Source: the human T2T-CHM13v2.0 reference genome, Homo sapiens. From it: a DNA stretch of 64,000 nucleotides. Numbering within the stretch: position 1 is the stretch's first letter; each line of letters begins with the position of its first letter. Shown here one piece after another: positions 33,801-48,800 of this stretch. Under the pieces are notes generated by a model. The model had not been told where the DNA came from. It did no database searches and was given only the letters and a program-made list of their open reading frames with translations. Both the position numbers and the translations under genes were made by a program. Location: NCBI RefSeq assembly GCF_009914755.1, contig NC_060948.1, one strand, 5' to 3'.

Positions 33801-36800
33801 CATAGAATGTAATGGAAAGCAAAAAAATGGAATCCAAAATCATTGACTGGAAAGGCTGGGTGTCGAAAGGAATTGACTCCAATGGAATGGAATCGAATGG
33901 AATGGAAGTGAATAGAATCGAACTAAATCGAATGGAATGGAATTGATAGGAACGGAATGGAAAGGAATGCAATGATTTGGCATGGAATGGAATCGAATGG
34001 CATCGAATGGAATGGAATGGAATGCAATGGAATGGAATATATTAGAATGTAATGAACTTTAATGGAATGTACTCGAATGGATTCGACTGGAATGGAATGT
34101 TCTGGAAGTGAATGGACTCCAATGGAATGGATTCGAAAGGAATGGAATCGTACGGAATGGAATCTAATGGAATGGAATTAAATGGAAATGAATCAAATTG
34201 AATAGCACGGAATTGAATTGAATGGAATGGAATGCAATGGAATCTAATGAAACGGAAAGGAAAGGAATGGAATGGAATGGAATGGGCTGGAATGGAAAGG
34301 AATCGAAACGAATGGAATGGAATCGAACTGAAGAGACTGGAATGGAATGCACTGGAATGGAAGGGAGTGTAATGGAAGGTTCTCGAAAAAAATGGAATCG
34401 AATGGAATGGAATTGAATGGAACGGAATAGAGTCGAATGGAATTGAATGGAATGGAATGGACTAGAGTGAAATGGAATCGAACCACAAGGAATGGACAGG
34501 AATAGAATGGTCTCGAATTGAATGGAATCGTATGGAATGGCATCAAACGGAATGGAATGGACAGCCACGGAATGGAATGCACTCGAATGCAATGGAGTCG
34601 AAACTAATGGACTGGAATAGAATGGACTCGACTGGTACGGACTCCAATGGAATGGAATCGAATGGAAGGGAATGGAACGGAAGGGAATCGAACGGAATGG
34701 ACTCGAAGGGAAAAGACTGCAATGGAAAGGTCTCGAATGGAATGGAAATTAATGGAATGGAATGGAATCGAATGAAATGGAGTCAAAAGGAATGGAATCG
34801 AATGGCAAGAAATCGAATGTAATGGAATCGCAAGGAATTGATGTGAACGGAACGGAATGGAATGGAATCCAAAGGAATGGAATAGAATGGAATGGAATCG
34901 AATGGAAAGGACTCGAATGGAAATCACTCGAATAGAATGCAATTTAATAAAATAGGATCAAATGTAATGGAATGGAATGGAAAGGAATCGAAACGAAAGG
35001 AATGGAGACAGATGGAATGGAATGGAACAGAGAGCAATGGTATAGAATGGAATGGAATCATCTGGAATGGAATTGAATGGAATGGAATAACATGAAATGG
35101 AATGGAATGGAATGGAATGCCCTTGAATTAAATGGACTGGAATGGAATGGACTCGAACAGAGTGGAATGGAAAGTGTTGAGATAGAATGGAACGGACTCC
35201 TTTGGAATGGTGTAGTATGCAATGCAATCGACTGGCAGGGAATCAAAAGGAATGTAATCGAATGGATTGGACTGGAATGCAATGGATTCGAATAGATTGG
35301 AAACGGAATGCAAAGGAATGGAATGGAATAGTATGGAATGGAATGGAAAGGAATGGAGTGGAATAGACTAGAGTGGAATGGAATGGACTGGAAAGCAATG
35401 GACTGGAATGGAACTTTCTTGAATGGACTGGAATCAAACGGAATGGAATGCAATGCAATCAAATGGCATGGAATAAAATAGAATGAAAGAGAATCAAACG
35501 GAATTGAATCGAATGGAATCGAATGGATTGGAAAGGAATAGAATGGAATGGAATGGAATTGACTCAAATGGAATGGACTAGAATGGAATGGATTCGAATG
35601 GAAGGCAAAGGAATGGAATCTATTGGAATGGACTGTAATGGAATGGAATGGAAGGGATTGGAATGGACTCGAATGGAATGGACTGCAATAGAAAGGATTC
35701 GAATGGAATGAAAAAGAATTGAATGGAATAGAACAGAATGGAATCAAACCTCATGAAATAGAATGGAATAGAAAGGAATGGAATGAAATCGAATGGAAAG
35801 GATTCGAATGGAATGCAATCGAATGGAATGCAATCGAATGGAATGGAATCGAACGGAATGGAATAAAATGGAAGAAAACTGGCAAGAAATGGAATCGAAA
35901 TGAATGGAGTGTTAAGGAACGGACTCAAAAGGAATTGAATGTAATAGAATGGAGTGGAGTGGACTCGAATATAATGGACTGGAATGGAATGAAATCACGT
36001 GGAATGGGAACGAATGGAATGGAATGGAAAGGAATGGAATCGAATGGAAAGGAATCGAATGGAAGGGAATGAAATTGAATCAACAGGAATGGAAAGGAGT
36101 AGAATAGATGGTAATGGAATGGGCTCGAATAGAATGGACACGAATGCTCAAATTAAATGGACTCGAATGGAATGGAAACGAAAGGAATGTCATCGAATGG
36201 AATTGAATCGATTGGAATGAAATCACATAGAATGGAGTGGAATCAAATGGAATTGAATCGAAAGGAAAGGAAGCGAATGGACTGAAATGAAATGGAATGG
36301 AATTGAATGGAAATTAATGCAATGGAATAGAATGGAAAGAAATTTCACGGAATGGAATCAAACTGAATGGAATCAAATCAATGGAATATAATCAAATGGA
36401 ATGGAAAGGAATTGAATGGAGTAGATTGGATTGGATGGGATTGGAATGAAATGTACTGGAAAGGACTCGAATTTCATGAAACGGAATGGAATGAATTAGA
36501 ACGGAATGGACTCGAATGGAATGGAATATCACGGAATGGCATCAAATGGAATGGCATCAATTGGAATGGAATCGAATGCAATGGAATGCTATGGAATGGA
36601 ATGGAATGCATTGGAATGGAATGTCCTCTAATGGAATGGATTCGAGTGGAATGGAATCGAATATAATGGAGTCTAATGAAATGGAATTGAAAGGAATGGG
36701 ATCCAATACAATGGAATATACTGGAATGTAATGTAATGAACTCGAATGTAATTGACTCGAATGGAATGTACATGAATGGAATGTAATCGAATGGAAAGTA

Positions 36801-39800
36801 ATCCAATGGAATAGAATCTAATGCAATAAAATCGACTCAAGTAGAGTAGAATATAATGGAATGGAGTGCAGTGCAATGGAATGGAATGGAATGGAATGCA
36901 ATGGAATGGAATGGAATGGAATGGAATGGAATGGGATGGAATGGTATGGAATGGATAGTAATGGACTGGAGTGAAATGGACTGGAAAGGAATGGACTCAA
37001 ATTGAAAGGGGTCGAAAGTAATGGAGTCAAATGGAATGGTTTGGAATGGAATGAACACGAATGTAATGCAATCCAATAGAATGGAATCGAATGGCATGGA
37101 ATATAAAGAAATGGAATCGAAGAGAATGGAAACAAATGGAATGGAATTGAATGGAATGGAATTGAATGGAATGGGAACGAATGGAGTGAAATTGTATGCA
37201 GTAGAAGGGAATAGAATGGAATGCAAGCGAAAGGAAAGGAATGGATTGGAATGGAATGGAATTCATTGGAATGGAAGGGAATGTAGTGTAATGGACAGGC
37301 CTGGAATAAAGTGGAATGCTACGGTCTCGAATGGAATAAAAATGTATGGAATGGAATGCAATGAAACGGAATCGAATGTCATAGAATGTAATGGAATGCA
37401 AAAAAATGGACTCCAAAATCATTGACTGGAAAGGCTGGGTGTCGAAAGGAATTGACTCCAATGGAATGGAATCGAATGGAATGGAAGTGAATAGAATCGA
37501 ACTAAATCGAATGGAATGGAATTGATAGGAACGGAATGGAAAGGAATGCAATGATTTGGCATGGAATGGAATCGAATGGCATCGAATGGAATGGAATGGA
37601 ATGCAATGGAATGGAATGTATTAGAATGTAATGAACATTAATGGAAAGTACTCGAATGGATTCGACTGGAATGGAATGTTCTGGAAGTGAATGGACTCCA
37701 ATGGAATGGATTCGAAAGGAATGGAATCGAACGGAATGGAATTAAACGGAAATGAATCAAATAGAATAGAACGGAATTGAATTGAATGGAATCGAATGCA
37801 ATGGAATCTAATGAAACGGAAAGGAATGGAATGGAATGGGCTGGAATGGAATGGAATCGAAACGAATGGAATGGAATCGAACTGAAGAGACTGGAATGGA
37901 ATGCACTGGAATGGAAGGGAATGTAATGGAAGGTTCTCGAAAAAAATGGAATCGAAAGGAATGGAATTGAATGGAACGGAATAGAGTCGAATGGAATTCA
38001 TTGGAATGGAATGGACTAGAGTGAAATGGAATCGAACCACAAGGAATGGACAGGAATAGAATGGTCTCGAATTGAATGGAATCGTATGGAATGGCATCAA
38101 ACGGAATGGAATGGACGGCCACGGAATGGAATGCACTCGAATGCAATGGAGTCGAAACTAATGGACTGGAATAGAATGGACTCGACTGGTACGGACTCCA
38201 ATGGAATGGAATCGAATGGAAGGGAATCGAACGGAATGGACTCGAAGGGAAAAGACTGCAATGGAAAGGTCTCGAATGGAATGGAAATTAATGGAATGGA
38301 ATGGAATCGAATGAAATGGAGTCAAAAGGAATGGAATCGAATGGCAAGAAATCGAATGTAATGGAATCGCAAGGAATTGATGTGAACGGAACGGAATGGA
38401 ATGGAATCCAAAGGAATGGAATAGAATGGAATGGAATCGAATGGAAAGGACTCGAATGGAAATCACTCGAATAGAATGCAATTTAATAAAATAGGATCAA
38501 ATGTAATGGAATGGAATGGAAAGGAATCGAAACGAAAGGAATGGAGACAGATGGAATGGAATGGAACAGAGAGCAATGGTATAGAATGGAATGGAATCAT
38601 CTGGAATGGAATTGAATGGAATGGAATAATATGAAATGGAATGGAATGGAATGGAATGCCCTTGAATTAAATGGACTGGAATGGAATGGACTCGAACACA
38701 GTGGAATGGAAAGTGTTGAAATAGAATGGAATGGACTCATTTGGAATGGTCTAGTATGCAATGCAATAGACTGGCAGGGAATCAAAAGGAATGTAATCGA
38801 ATGGATTGGACTGGAATGCAATGGACTCGAATAGATTGGAAACGGAAAGCAAAGGAATGGAATGGAATAGTATGGAATGGAATGCAAAGGAATGGAGTGG
38901 AATAGACTAGAGTGGAATGGAATGGACTCGAAAGCAATGGACTGGAATGGAACTTTCTTGAATGGACTGGAATCAAACGGAATGGAATGCAATGCAATCA
39001 AATGGCATGGAATAAAATAGAATGAAAGAGAATCAAATGGAATTGAATCGAATGGAATCGAATGGATTGGAAAGGAATAGAATGGAATGGAATGGAATTG
39101 ACTCAAATGGAATGGACTAGAATGGAATGGATTCGAATGGAAGGCAAAGGAATGGAATCTATTGGAATGGACTGTAATGGAATGGAATGGAAGAGATTGG
39201 AATGGACTCGAATGGAATGGACTGCAGTAGAAAGGATTCGAATGGAATGAAAAAGAATTGAATGGAATAGAACAGAATGGAATCAAATCGAATGAAATGG
39301 AATGGAATAGAAAGGAATGGAATGAAACGGAATGGAAAGGATTCGAATGGAATGCATTCGAATGGAATGCAATCGAATGGAATGGAATCGAACGGAATGG
39401 AATAAAATGGAAGAAAACTGGCAAGAAATGGAATCGAAATGAATGGAGTGTTATGGAACGGACTCAAAAGGAATTGAATGTAATAGAATGGAGTGGAGTG
39501 GACTCGAATATAATGGACTAGAATGGAATGAAATCACATGGAATGGGAACGAATGGAATGGAATGGAAAGGAATGGAATCGAATGGAAAGGAATCGAATG
39601 GAAGGGAATGAAATTGAATCAACAGGAATGGAAGGGAGTAGAATAGACGGTAATGGAATGGACTCGAATAGAATGGACACGAATGCTCAAATTGAATGGA
39701 CTCGAATGGAATGGCAACGAAAGGAATGTCATCGAATGGAATTGAATCGATTGGAATGAAATCACATAGAATGGAGTGGAATCAAATGGAATTGAATCGA

Positions 39801-42800
39801 AAGGAAAGGAAGCGAATGGACTGAAATGAAATGGAATGGAATTGAATGGAAATTAATGCAATGGAATAGAATGGAACGAAATTTCACGGAATGGAATCAA
39901 ACTGAATGGAATCAAATCAATGGAATATAATCAAATGGAATGGAAAGGAATTGAATGGAGTAGATTGGATTGGATGGGATTGGAATGAAATGTACTGGAA
40001 AGGACTCGAATTTCATGAAACGGAATGGAATGAATTAGAACGGAATGGACTCGAATGGAATGGAATGTCATGGAATGGCATCAAATGGAATGGAATCGAA
40101 TGCGATGGAATGCTACGGAATGGAATGGAATGCATTGGAATGGAATGTCCTCTAATGGAATGTATTCGAGTGGAATGGAATCGAATATAATGGAGTCTAA
40201 TGAAATGGAATTGAAAGGAATGGGACCGAATACAATGGAATAAACTGGAATGTAATGTAATGAACTCGAATGTAATTGACTGGAATGGAATGTACATGAA
40301 TGGAATGTAATCGAATGGAAAGCAATCCAATGGAATAGAATCTAATGCAATAAAATCGACTCAAATAGAGTAGAATGTAATGGAATGGAGTGCAGTGCAA
40401 TGGAATGGAATGGAATGCAATGGAATGGAATGGAATGGAATGGAATGGGATGGAATGGTATGGAATGGATAGTAATGGACTGGAGTGAAATGGACTGGAA
40501 AAGAATGGACTCAAATTGAAAGGGCTCGAAAGGAATGGAGTCAAATGGAATGGTCTGGAATGGAATGAACACGAATGTAATGCAATCCAATAGAATGGAA
40601 TCGAATGGCATGGAATATAAAGAAATGGAATCGAAGAGAATGGAAACAAATGGAATGGAATTGAATGGAATGGAATTGAATGGAATGGGAACGAATGGAG
40701 TGAAATTGTATGCAGTAGAAGAGAATAGAATGGAATGCAAGCGAAAGGAAAGGAATGGATTGGAATGGAATGGAATTCATTGGAATGGAAGGGAATGTAG
40801 TGTAATGGACAGGCCTGGAATAAAGTGGAATGCTACGGTCTCGAATGGAATAAAAATGTATGGAATGGAATGCAATGAAACGGAATCGAATGTCATAGAA
40901 TGTAATGGAATGCAAAAAAATGGACTCCAAAATCATTGACTGGAAAGGCTGGGTGTCGAAAGGAATTGACTCCAATGGAATGGAATCGAATGGAATGGAA
41001 GTGAATAGAATCGAACTAAATCGAATGGAATGGAATTGATAGGAACGGAATGGAAAGGAATGCAATGATTTGGCATGGAATGGAATCGAAAGGCATCGAA
41101 TGGAATGGAATGGAATGCAATGGAATGGAATGTATTAGAATGTAATGAACATTAATGGAAAGTACGCGAATGGATTCGACTGGAATGGAATGTTCTGGAA
41201 GTGAATGGACTCCAATGGAATGGATTCGAAAGGAATGGAATCGAACGGAATGGAATTAAACGGAAATGAATCAAATAGAATAGAACGGAATTGAATTGAA
41301 TGGAATCGAATGCAATGGAATCTAATGAAACGGAAAGGAATGGAATGGAATGGGCTGGAATGGAATGGAATCGAAACGAATGGAATGGAATCGAACTGAA
41401 GAGACTGGAATGGAATGCACTGGAATGGAAGGGAATGTAATGGAAGGTTCTCGAAAAAAATGGAATCGAAAGGAATGGAATTGAATGGAACGGAATAGAG
41501 TCGAATGGAATTCAATGGAATGGAATGGACTAGAGTGAAATGGAATCGAACCACAAGGAATGGACAGGAATAGAATGGTCTCGAATTGAATGGAATCGTA
41601 TGGAATGGCATCAAACGGAATGGAATGGACGGCCACGGAATGGAATGCACTCGAATGCAATGGAGTCGACACTAATGGACTGGAATAGAATGGACTCGAC
41701 TGGTACGGACTCCAATGGAATGGAATCGAATGGAAGGGAATCGAACGGAATGGACTCGAAGGGAAAAGACTGCAATGGAAAGGTCTCGAATGGAATGGAA
41801 ATTAATGGAATGGAATGGAATCGAATGAAATGGAGTCAAAAGGAATGGAATCGAATGGCAAGAAATCGAATGTAATGGAATCGCAAGGAATTGATGTGAA
41901 CGGAACGGAATGGAATGGAATCCAAAGGAATGGAATAGAATGGAATGGAATCGAATGGAAAGGACTCGAATGGAAATCACTCGAATAGAATGCAATTTAA
42001 TAAAATAGGATCAAATGTAATGGAATGGAATGGAAAGGAATCGAAACGAAAGGAATGGAGACAGATGGAATGGAATGGAACAGAGAGCAATGGTATAGAA
42101 TGGAATGGAATCATCTGGAATGGAATTGAATGGAATGGAATAATATGAAATGGAATGGAATGGAATGGAATGCCCTTGAATTAAATGGACTGGAATGGAA
42201 TGGACTCGAACAGAGTGGAATGGAAAGTGTTGAAATAGAATGGAATGGACTCGTTTGGAATGGTCTAGTATGCAATGCAATAGACTGGCAGGGAATCAAA
42301 AGGAATGTAATCGAATGGATTGGACTGGAATGCAATGGACTCGAATAGATTGGAAACGGAAAGCAAAGGAATGGAATGGAATAGTATGGAATGGAATGGA
42401 AAGGAATGGAGTGGAATAGACTAGAGTGGAATGGAATGGACTGGAAAGCAATGGACTGGAATGGAACTTTCTTGAATGGACTGGAATCAAACGGAATGGA
42501 ATGCAATGCAATCAAATGGCATGGAATAAAATAAAATGAAAGAGAATCAAATGGAATTGAATCGAATGGAATCGAATGGATTGGAAAGGAATAGAATGGA
42601 ATGGAATGGAATTGACTCAAATGGAATGGACTAGAATGGAATGGATTCGAATGGAAGGCAAAGGAATGGAATCTATTGGAATGGACTGTAATGGAATGGA
42701 ATGGAAGGGATTGGAATGGACTCGAATGGAATGGACTGCAGTAGAAAGGATTCGAATGGAATGAAAAAGAATTGAATGGAATAGAACAGAATGGAATCAA

Positions 42801-45800
42801 ATCGAATGAAATGGAATGGAATAGAAAGGAATGGAATGAAATGGAATGGAAAGGATTCGAATGGAATGCAATCGAATGGAATGAAATCGAATGGAATGGA
42901 ATCGAACGGAATGGAATAAAATGGAAGAAAACTGGCAAGAAATGGAATCGAAATGAATGGAGTGTTATGGAACGGACTCAAAAGGAATTGAATGTAATAG
43001 AATGGAGTGGAGTGGACTCGAATATAATGGACTAGAATGGAATGAAATCACATGGAATGGGAACGAATGGAATGGAATGGAAAGGAATGGAATCGAATGG
43101 AAAGGAATCGAATGGAAGGGAATGAAATTGAATCAACAGGAATGGAAGGGAGTAGAATAGACGGTAATGGAATGGACTCGAATAGAATGGACACGAATGC
43201 TCAAATTGAATGGACTCGAATGGAATGGCAACGAAAGGAATGTCATCGAATGGAATTGAATCGATTGGAATGAAATCACATAGAATGGAGTGGAATCAAA
43301 TGGAATTGAATCGAAAGGAAAGGAAGCGAATGGACTGAAATGAAATGGAATGGAATTGAATGGAAATTAATGCAATGGAATAGAATGGAACGAAATTTCA
43401 CGGAATGGAATCAAACTGAATGGAATCAAATGAATGGAATATAATGAAATGGAATGGAAAGGAATTGAATGGAGTAGATTGGATTGGATGGGATTGGAAT
43501 GAAATGTACTGGAAAGGACTCGAATTTCATGAAACGGAATGGAATGAATTAGAACGGAATGGACTCGAATGGAATGGAATGTCATGGAATGGCATCAAAT
43601 GGAATGGAATCGAATGCGATGGAATGCTATGGAATGGAATGGAATGCATTGGAATGGAATGTCCTCTAATGGAATGTATTCGAGTGGAATGGAATCGAAT
43701 ATAATGGAGTCTAATGAAATGGAATTGAAAGGAATGGGACCGAATACAATGGAATATACTGGAATGTAATGTAATGAACTCGAATGTAATTGACTGGAAT
43801 GGAATGTACATGAATGGAATGTAATCGAATGGAAAGCAATCCAATGGAATAGAATCTAATGCAATAAAATCGACTCAAATAGAGTAGAATGTAATGGAAT
43901 GGAGTACAGTGCAATGGAATGGAATGGAATGGAATGCAATGGAATGGAATGGAATGGAATGGGATGGAATGGTATGGAATGGATAGTAATGGACTGGAGT
44001 GAAATGGACTGGAAAAGAATGGACTCAAATTGAAAGGGCTCGAAAGGAATGGAGTCAAATGGAATGGTCTGGAATGGAATGAACACGAATGTAATGCAAT
44101 CCAATAGAATGGAATCGAATGGCATGGAATATAAAGAAATGGAATCGAAGAGAATGGAAACAAATGGAATGGAATTGAATGGAATGGAATTGAATGGAAT
44201 GGGAACGAATGGAGTGAAATTGTATGCAGTAGAAGAGAATAGAATGGAATGCAAGCGAAAGGAAAGGAATGGATTGGAATGGAATGGAATTCATTGGAAT
44301 GGAAGGGAATGTAGTGTAATGGACAGGCCTGGAATAAAGTGGAATGCTACGGTCTCGAATGGAATAAAAATGTATGGAATGGAATGCAATGAAACGGAAT
44401 CGAATGTCATAGAATGTAATGGAAAGCAAAAAAATGGACTCCAAAATCATTGACTGGAAAGGCTGGGTGTCGAAAGGAATTGACTCCAATGGAATGGAAT
44501 CGAATGGAATGGAAGTGAATAGAATCGAACTAAATCGAATGGAATGGAATTGATAGGAACGGAATGGAAAGGAATGCAATGATTTCGCATGGAATGGAAT
44601 CGAATGGCATCGAATGGAATGGAATGGAATGCAATGGAATGGAATGTATTAGAATGTAATGAACTTTAATGGAATGTACTCGAATGGATTCGACTGGAAT
44701 GGAATGTTCTGGAAGTGAATGGACTCCAATGGAATGGATTCGAAAGGAATGGAATCTAATGGAATGGAATTAAATGGAAATGAATCAAATTGAATAGCAC
44801 GGAATTGAATTGAATGGAATCGAATGCAATGGAATCTAATGAAACGGAAAGGAAAGGAATGGAATGGATTGGAATGGAATGGGCTGGAATGGAATGGAAT
44901 CGAAACGAATGGAATGGAATCGAACTGAAGAGACTGGAATGGAATGCACTGGAATGGAAGGGAATGTAATGGAAGGTTCTCGAAAAAAATGGAATCGAAA
45001 GGAATGCAATTGAATGGAACGGAATAGAGTCGAATGGAATTGAATGGAATGGAATGGACTAGAGTGAAATGGAATCGAACCACAAGGAATGGACAGGAAT
45101 AGAATGGTCTCGAATTGAATGGAATCGTATGGAATGGCATCAAACGGAATGGAATGGACAGCCACGGAATGGAATGGACACCCACGGAATGGAATGCACT
45201 CGAATGCAATGGAGTCGACACTAATGGACTGGAATAGAATGGACTCGACTGGTACGGACTCCAATGGAATGGAATCGAATGGAAGGGAATCGAACGGAAT
45301 GGACTCGAAGGGAAAAGACTGCAATGGAAAGGTCTCGAATGGAATGGAAATTAATGGAATGGAATGGAATCGAATGAAATGGAGTCAAAAGGAATGGAAT
45401 CGAATGGCAAGAAATCGAATGTAATGGAATCGCAAGGAATTGATGTGAACGGAACGGAATGGAATGGAATCCAAAGGAATGGAATAGAATGGAATGGAAT
45501 CGAATGGAAAGGACTCGAATGGAAATCACTCGAATAGAATGCAATTTAATAAAATAGGATCAAATGTAATGGAATGGAATGGAAAGGAATCGAAACGAAA
45601 GGAATGGAGACAGATGGAATGGAATGGAACAGAGAGCAATGGTATAGAATGGAATGGAATCATCTGGAATGGAATTGAATGGAATGGAATAATATGAAAT
45701 GGAATGGAATGGAATGGAATGCCCTTGAATTAAATGGACTGGAATGGAATGGACTCGAACAGAGTGGAATGGAAAGTGTTGAAATAGAATGGAATGGACT

Positions 45801-48800
45801 CGTTTGGAATGGTCTAGTATGCAATGCAATCGACTGGCAGGGAATCAAAAGGAATGTAATCGAATGGATTGGACTGGAATGCAATGGACTCGAATAGATT
45901 GGAAATGGAAAGCAAAGGAATGGAATGGAATAGTATGGAATGGAATGGAAAGGAATGGAGTGGAATAGACTAGAGTGGAATGGAATGGACTGGAAAGCAA
46001 TGGGCTGGAATGGAACTTTCTTGAATGGACTGGAATCAAACGGAATGGAATGCAATGCAATCAAATGGCATGGAATAAAATAGAATGAAAGAGAATCAAA
46101 TGGAATTGAATCGAATGGAATCGAATGGATTGGAAAGGAATAGAATGGAATGGAATGGAATTGACTCAAATGGAATGGACTAGAATGGAATGGATTCGAA
46201 TGGAAGGCAAAGGAATGGAATCTATTGGAATGGACTGTAATGGAATGGAATGGAAGGGATTGGAATGGACTCGAATGGAATGGACTGCAGTAGAAAGGAT
46301 TCGAATGGAATGAAAAAGAATTGAATGGAATAGAACAGAATGGAATCAAATCGAATGAAATGGAATGGAATAGAAAGGAATGGAATGAAACGGAATGGAA
46401 AGGATTCGAATGGAATGCAATCGAATGGAATGAAATCGAATGGAATGGAATCGAACGGAATGGAATAAAATGGAAGAAAACTGGCAAGAAATGGAATCGA
46501 AATGAATGGAGTGTTATGGAACGGACTCAAAAGGAATTGAATGTAATAGAATGGAGTGGAGTGGACTCGAATATAATGGACTAGAATGGAATGAAATCAC
46601 ATGGAATGGGAACGAATGGAATGGAATGGAAAGGAATGGAATCGAATGGAAAGGAATCGAATGGAAGGGAATGAAATTGAATCAACAGGAATGGAAGGGA
46701 GTAGAATAGACGGTAATGGAATGGACTCGAATAGAATGGACACGAATGCTCAAATTGAATGGACTCGAATGGAATGGCAACGAAAGGAATGTCATCGAAT
46801 GGAATTGAATCGATTGGAATGAAATCACATAGAATGGAGTGGAATCAAATGGAATTGAATCGAAAGGAAAGGAAGCGAATGGACTGAAATGAAATGGAAT
46901 GGAATTGAATGGAAATTAATGCAATGGAATAGAATGGAACGAAATTTCACGGAATGGAATCAAACTGAATGGAATCAAATCAATGGAATATAATCAAATG
47001 GAATGGAAAGGAATTGAATGGAGTAGATTGGATTGGATGGGATTGGAATGAAATGTACTGGAAAGGACTCGAATTTCATGAAACGGAATGGAATGAATTA
47101 GAACGGAATGGACTCGAATGGAATGGAATGTCATGGAATGGCATCAAATGGAATGGAATCGAATGCGATGGAATGCTACGGAATGGAATGGAATGCATTG
47201 GAATGGAATGTCCTCTAATGGAATGTATTCGAGTGGAATGGAATCGAATATAATGGAGTCTAATGAAATGGAATTGAAAGGAATGGGACCGAATACAATG
47301 GAATAAACTGGAATGTAATGTAATGAACTCGAATGTAATTGACTGGAATGGAATGTACATGAATGGAATGTAATCGAATGGAAAGCAATCCAATGGAATA
47401 GAATCTAATGCAATAAAATCGACTCAAATAGAGTAGAATGTAATGGAATGGAGTGCAGTGCAATGGAATGGAATGGAATGCAATGGAATGGAATGGAATG
47501 GAATGGAATGGGATGGAATGGTATGGAATGGATAGTAATGGACTGGAGTGAAATGGACTGGAAAAGAATGGACTCAAATTGAAAGGGCTCGAAAGGAATG
47601 GAGTCAAATGGAATGGTCTGGAATGGAATGAACACGAATGTAATGCAATCCAATAGAATGGAATCGAATGGCATGGAATATAAAGAAATGGAATCGAAGA
47701 GAATGGAAACAAATGGAATGGAATTGAATGGAATGGAATTGAATGGAATGGGAACGAATGGAGTGAAATTGTATGCAGTAGAAGAGAATAGAATGGAATG
47801 CAAGCGAAAGGAAAGGAATGGATTGGAATGGAATGGAATTCATTGGAATGGAAGGGAATGTAGTGTAATGGACAGGCCTGGAATAAAGTGGAATGCTACG
47901 GTCTCGAATGGAATAAAAATGTATGGAATGGAATGCAATGAAACGGAATCGAATGTCATAGAATGTAATGGAATGCAAAAAAATGGACTCCAAAATCATT
48001 GACTGGAAAGGCTGGGTGTCGAAAGGAATTGACTCCAATGGAATGGAATCGAATGGAATGGAAGTGAATAGAATCGAACTAAATCGAATGGAATGGAATT
48101 GATAGGAACGGAATGGAAAGGAATGCAATGATTTGGCATGGAATGGAATCGAAAGGCATCGAATGGAATGGAATGGAATGCAATGGAATGGAATGTATTA
48201 GAATGTAATGAACATTAATGGAAAGTACGCGAATGGATTCGACTGGAATGGAATGTTCTGGAAGTGAATGGACTCCAATGGAATGGATTCGAAAGGAATG
48301 GAATCGAACGGAATGGAATTAAACGGAAATGAATCAAATAGAATAGAACGGAATTGAATTGAATGGAATCGAATGCAATGGAATCTAATGAAACGGAAAG
48401 GAATGGAATGGAATGGGCTGGAATGGAATGGAATCGAAACGAATGGAATGGAATCGAACTGAAGAGACTGGAATGGAATGCACTGGAATGGAAGGGAATG
48501 TAATGGAAGGTTCTCGAAAAAAATGGAATCGAAAGGAATGGAATTGAATGGAACGGAATAGAGTCGAATGGAATTCAATGGAATGGAATGGACTAGAGTG
48601 AAATGGAATCGAACCACAAGGAATGGACAGGAATAGAATGGTCTCGAATTGAATGGAATCGTATGGAATGGCATCAAACGGAATGGAATGGACGGCCACG
48701 GAATGGAATGCACTCGAATGCAATGGAGTCGACACTAATGGACTGGAATAGAATGGACTCGACTGGTACGGACTCCAATGGAATGGAATCGAATGGAAGG

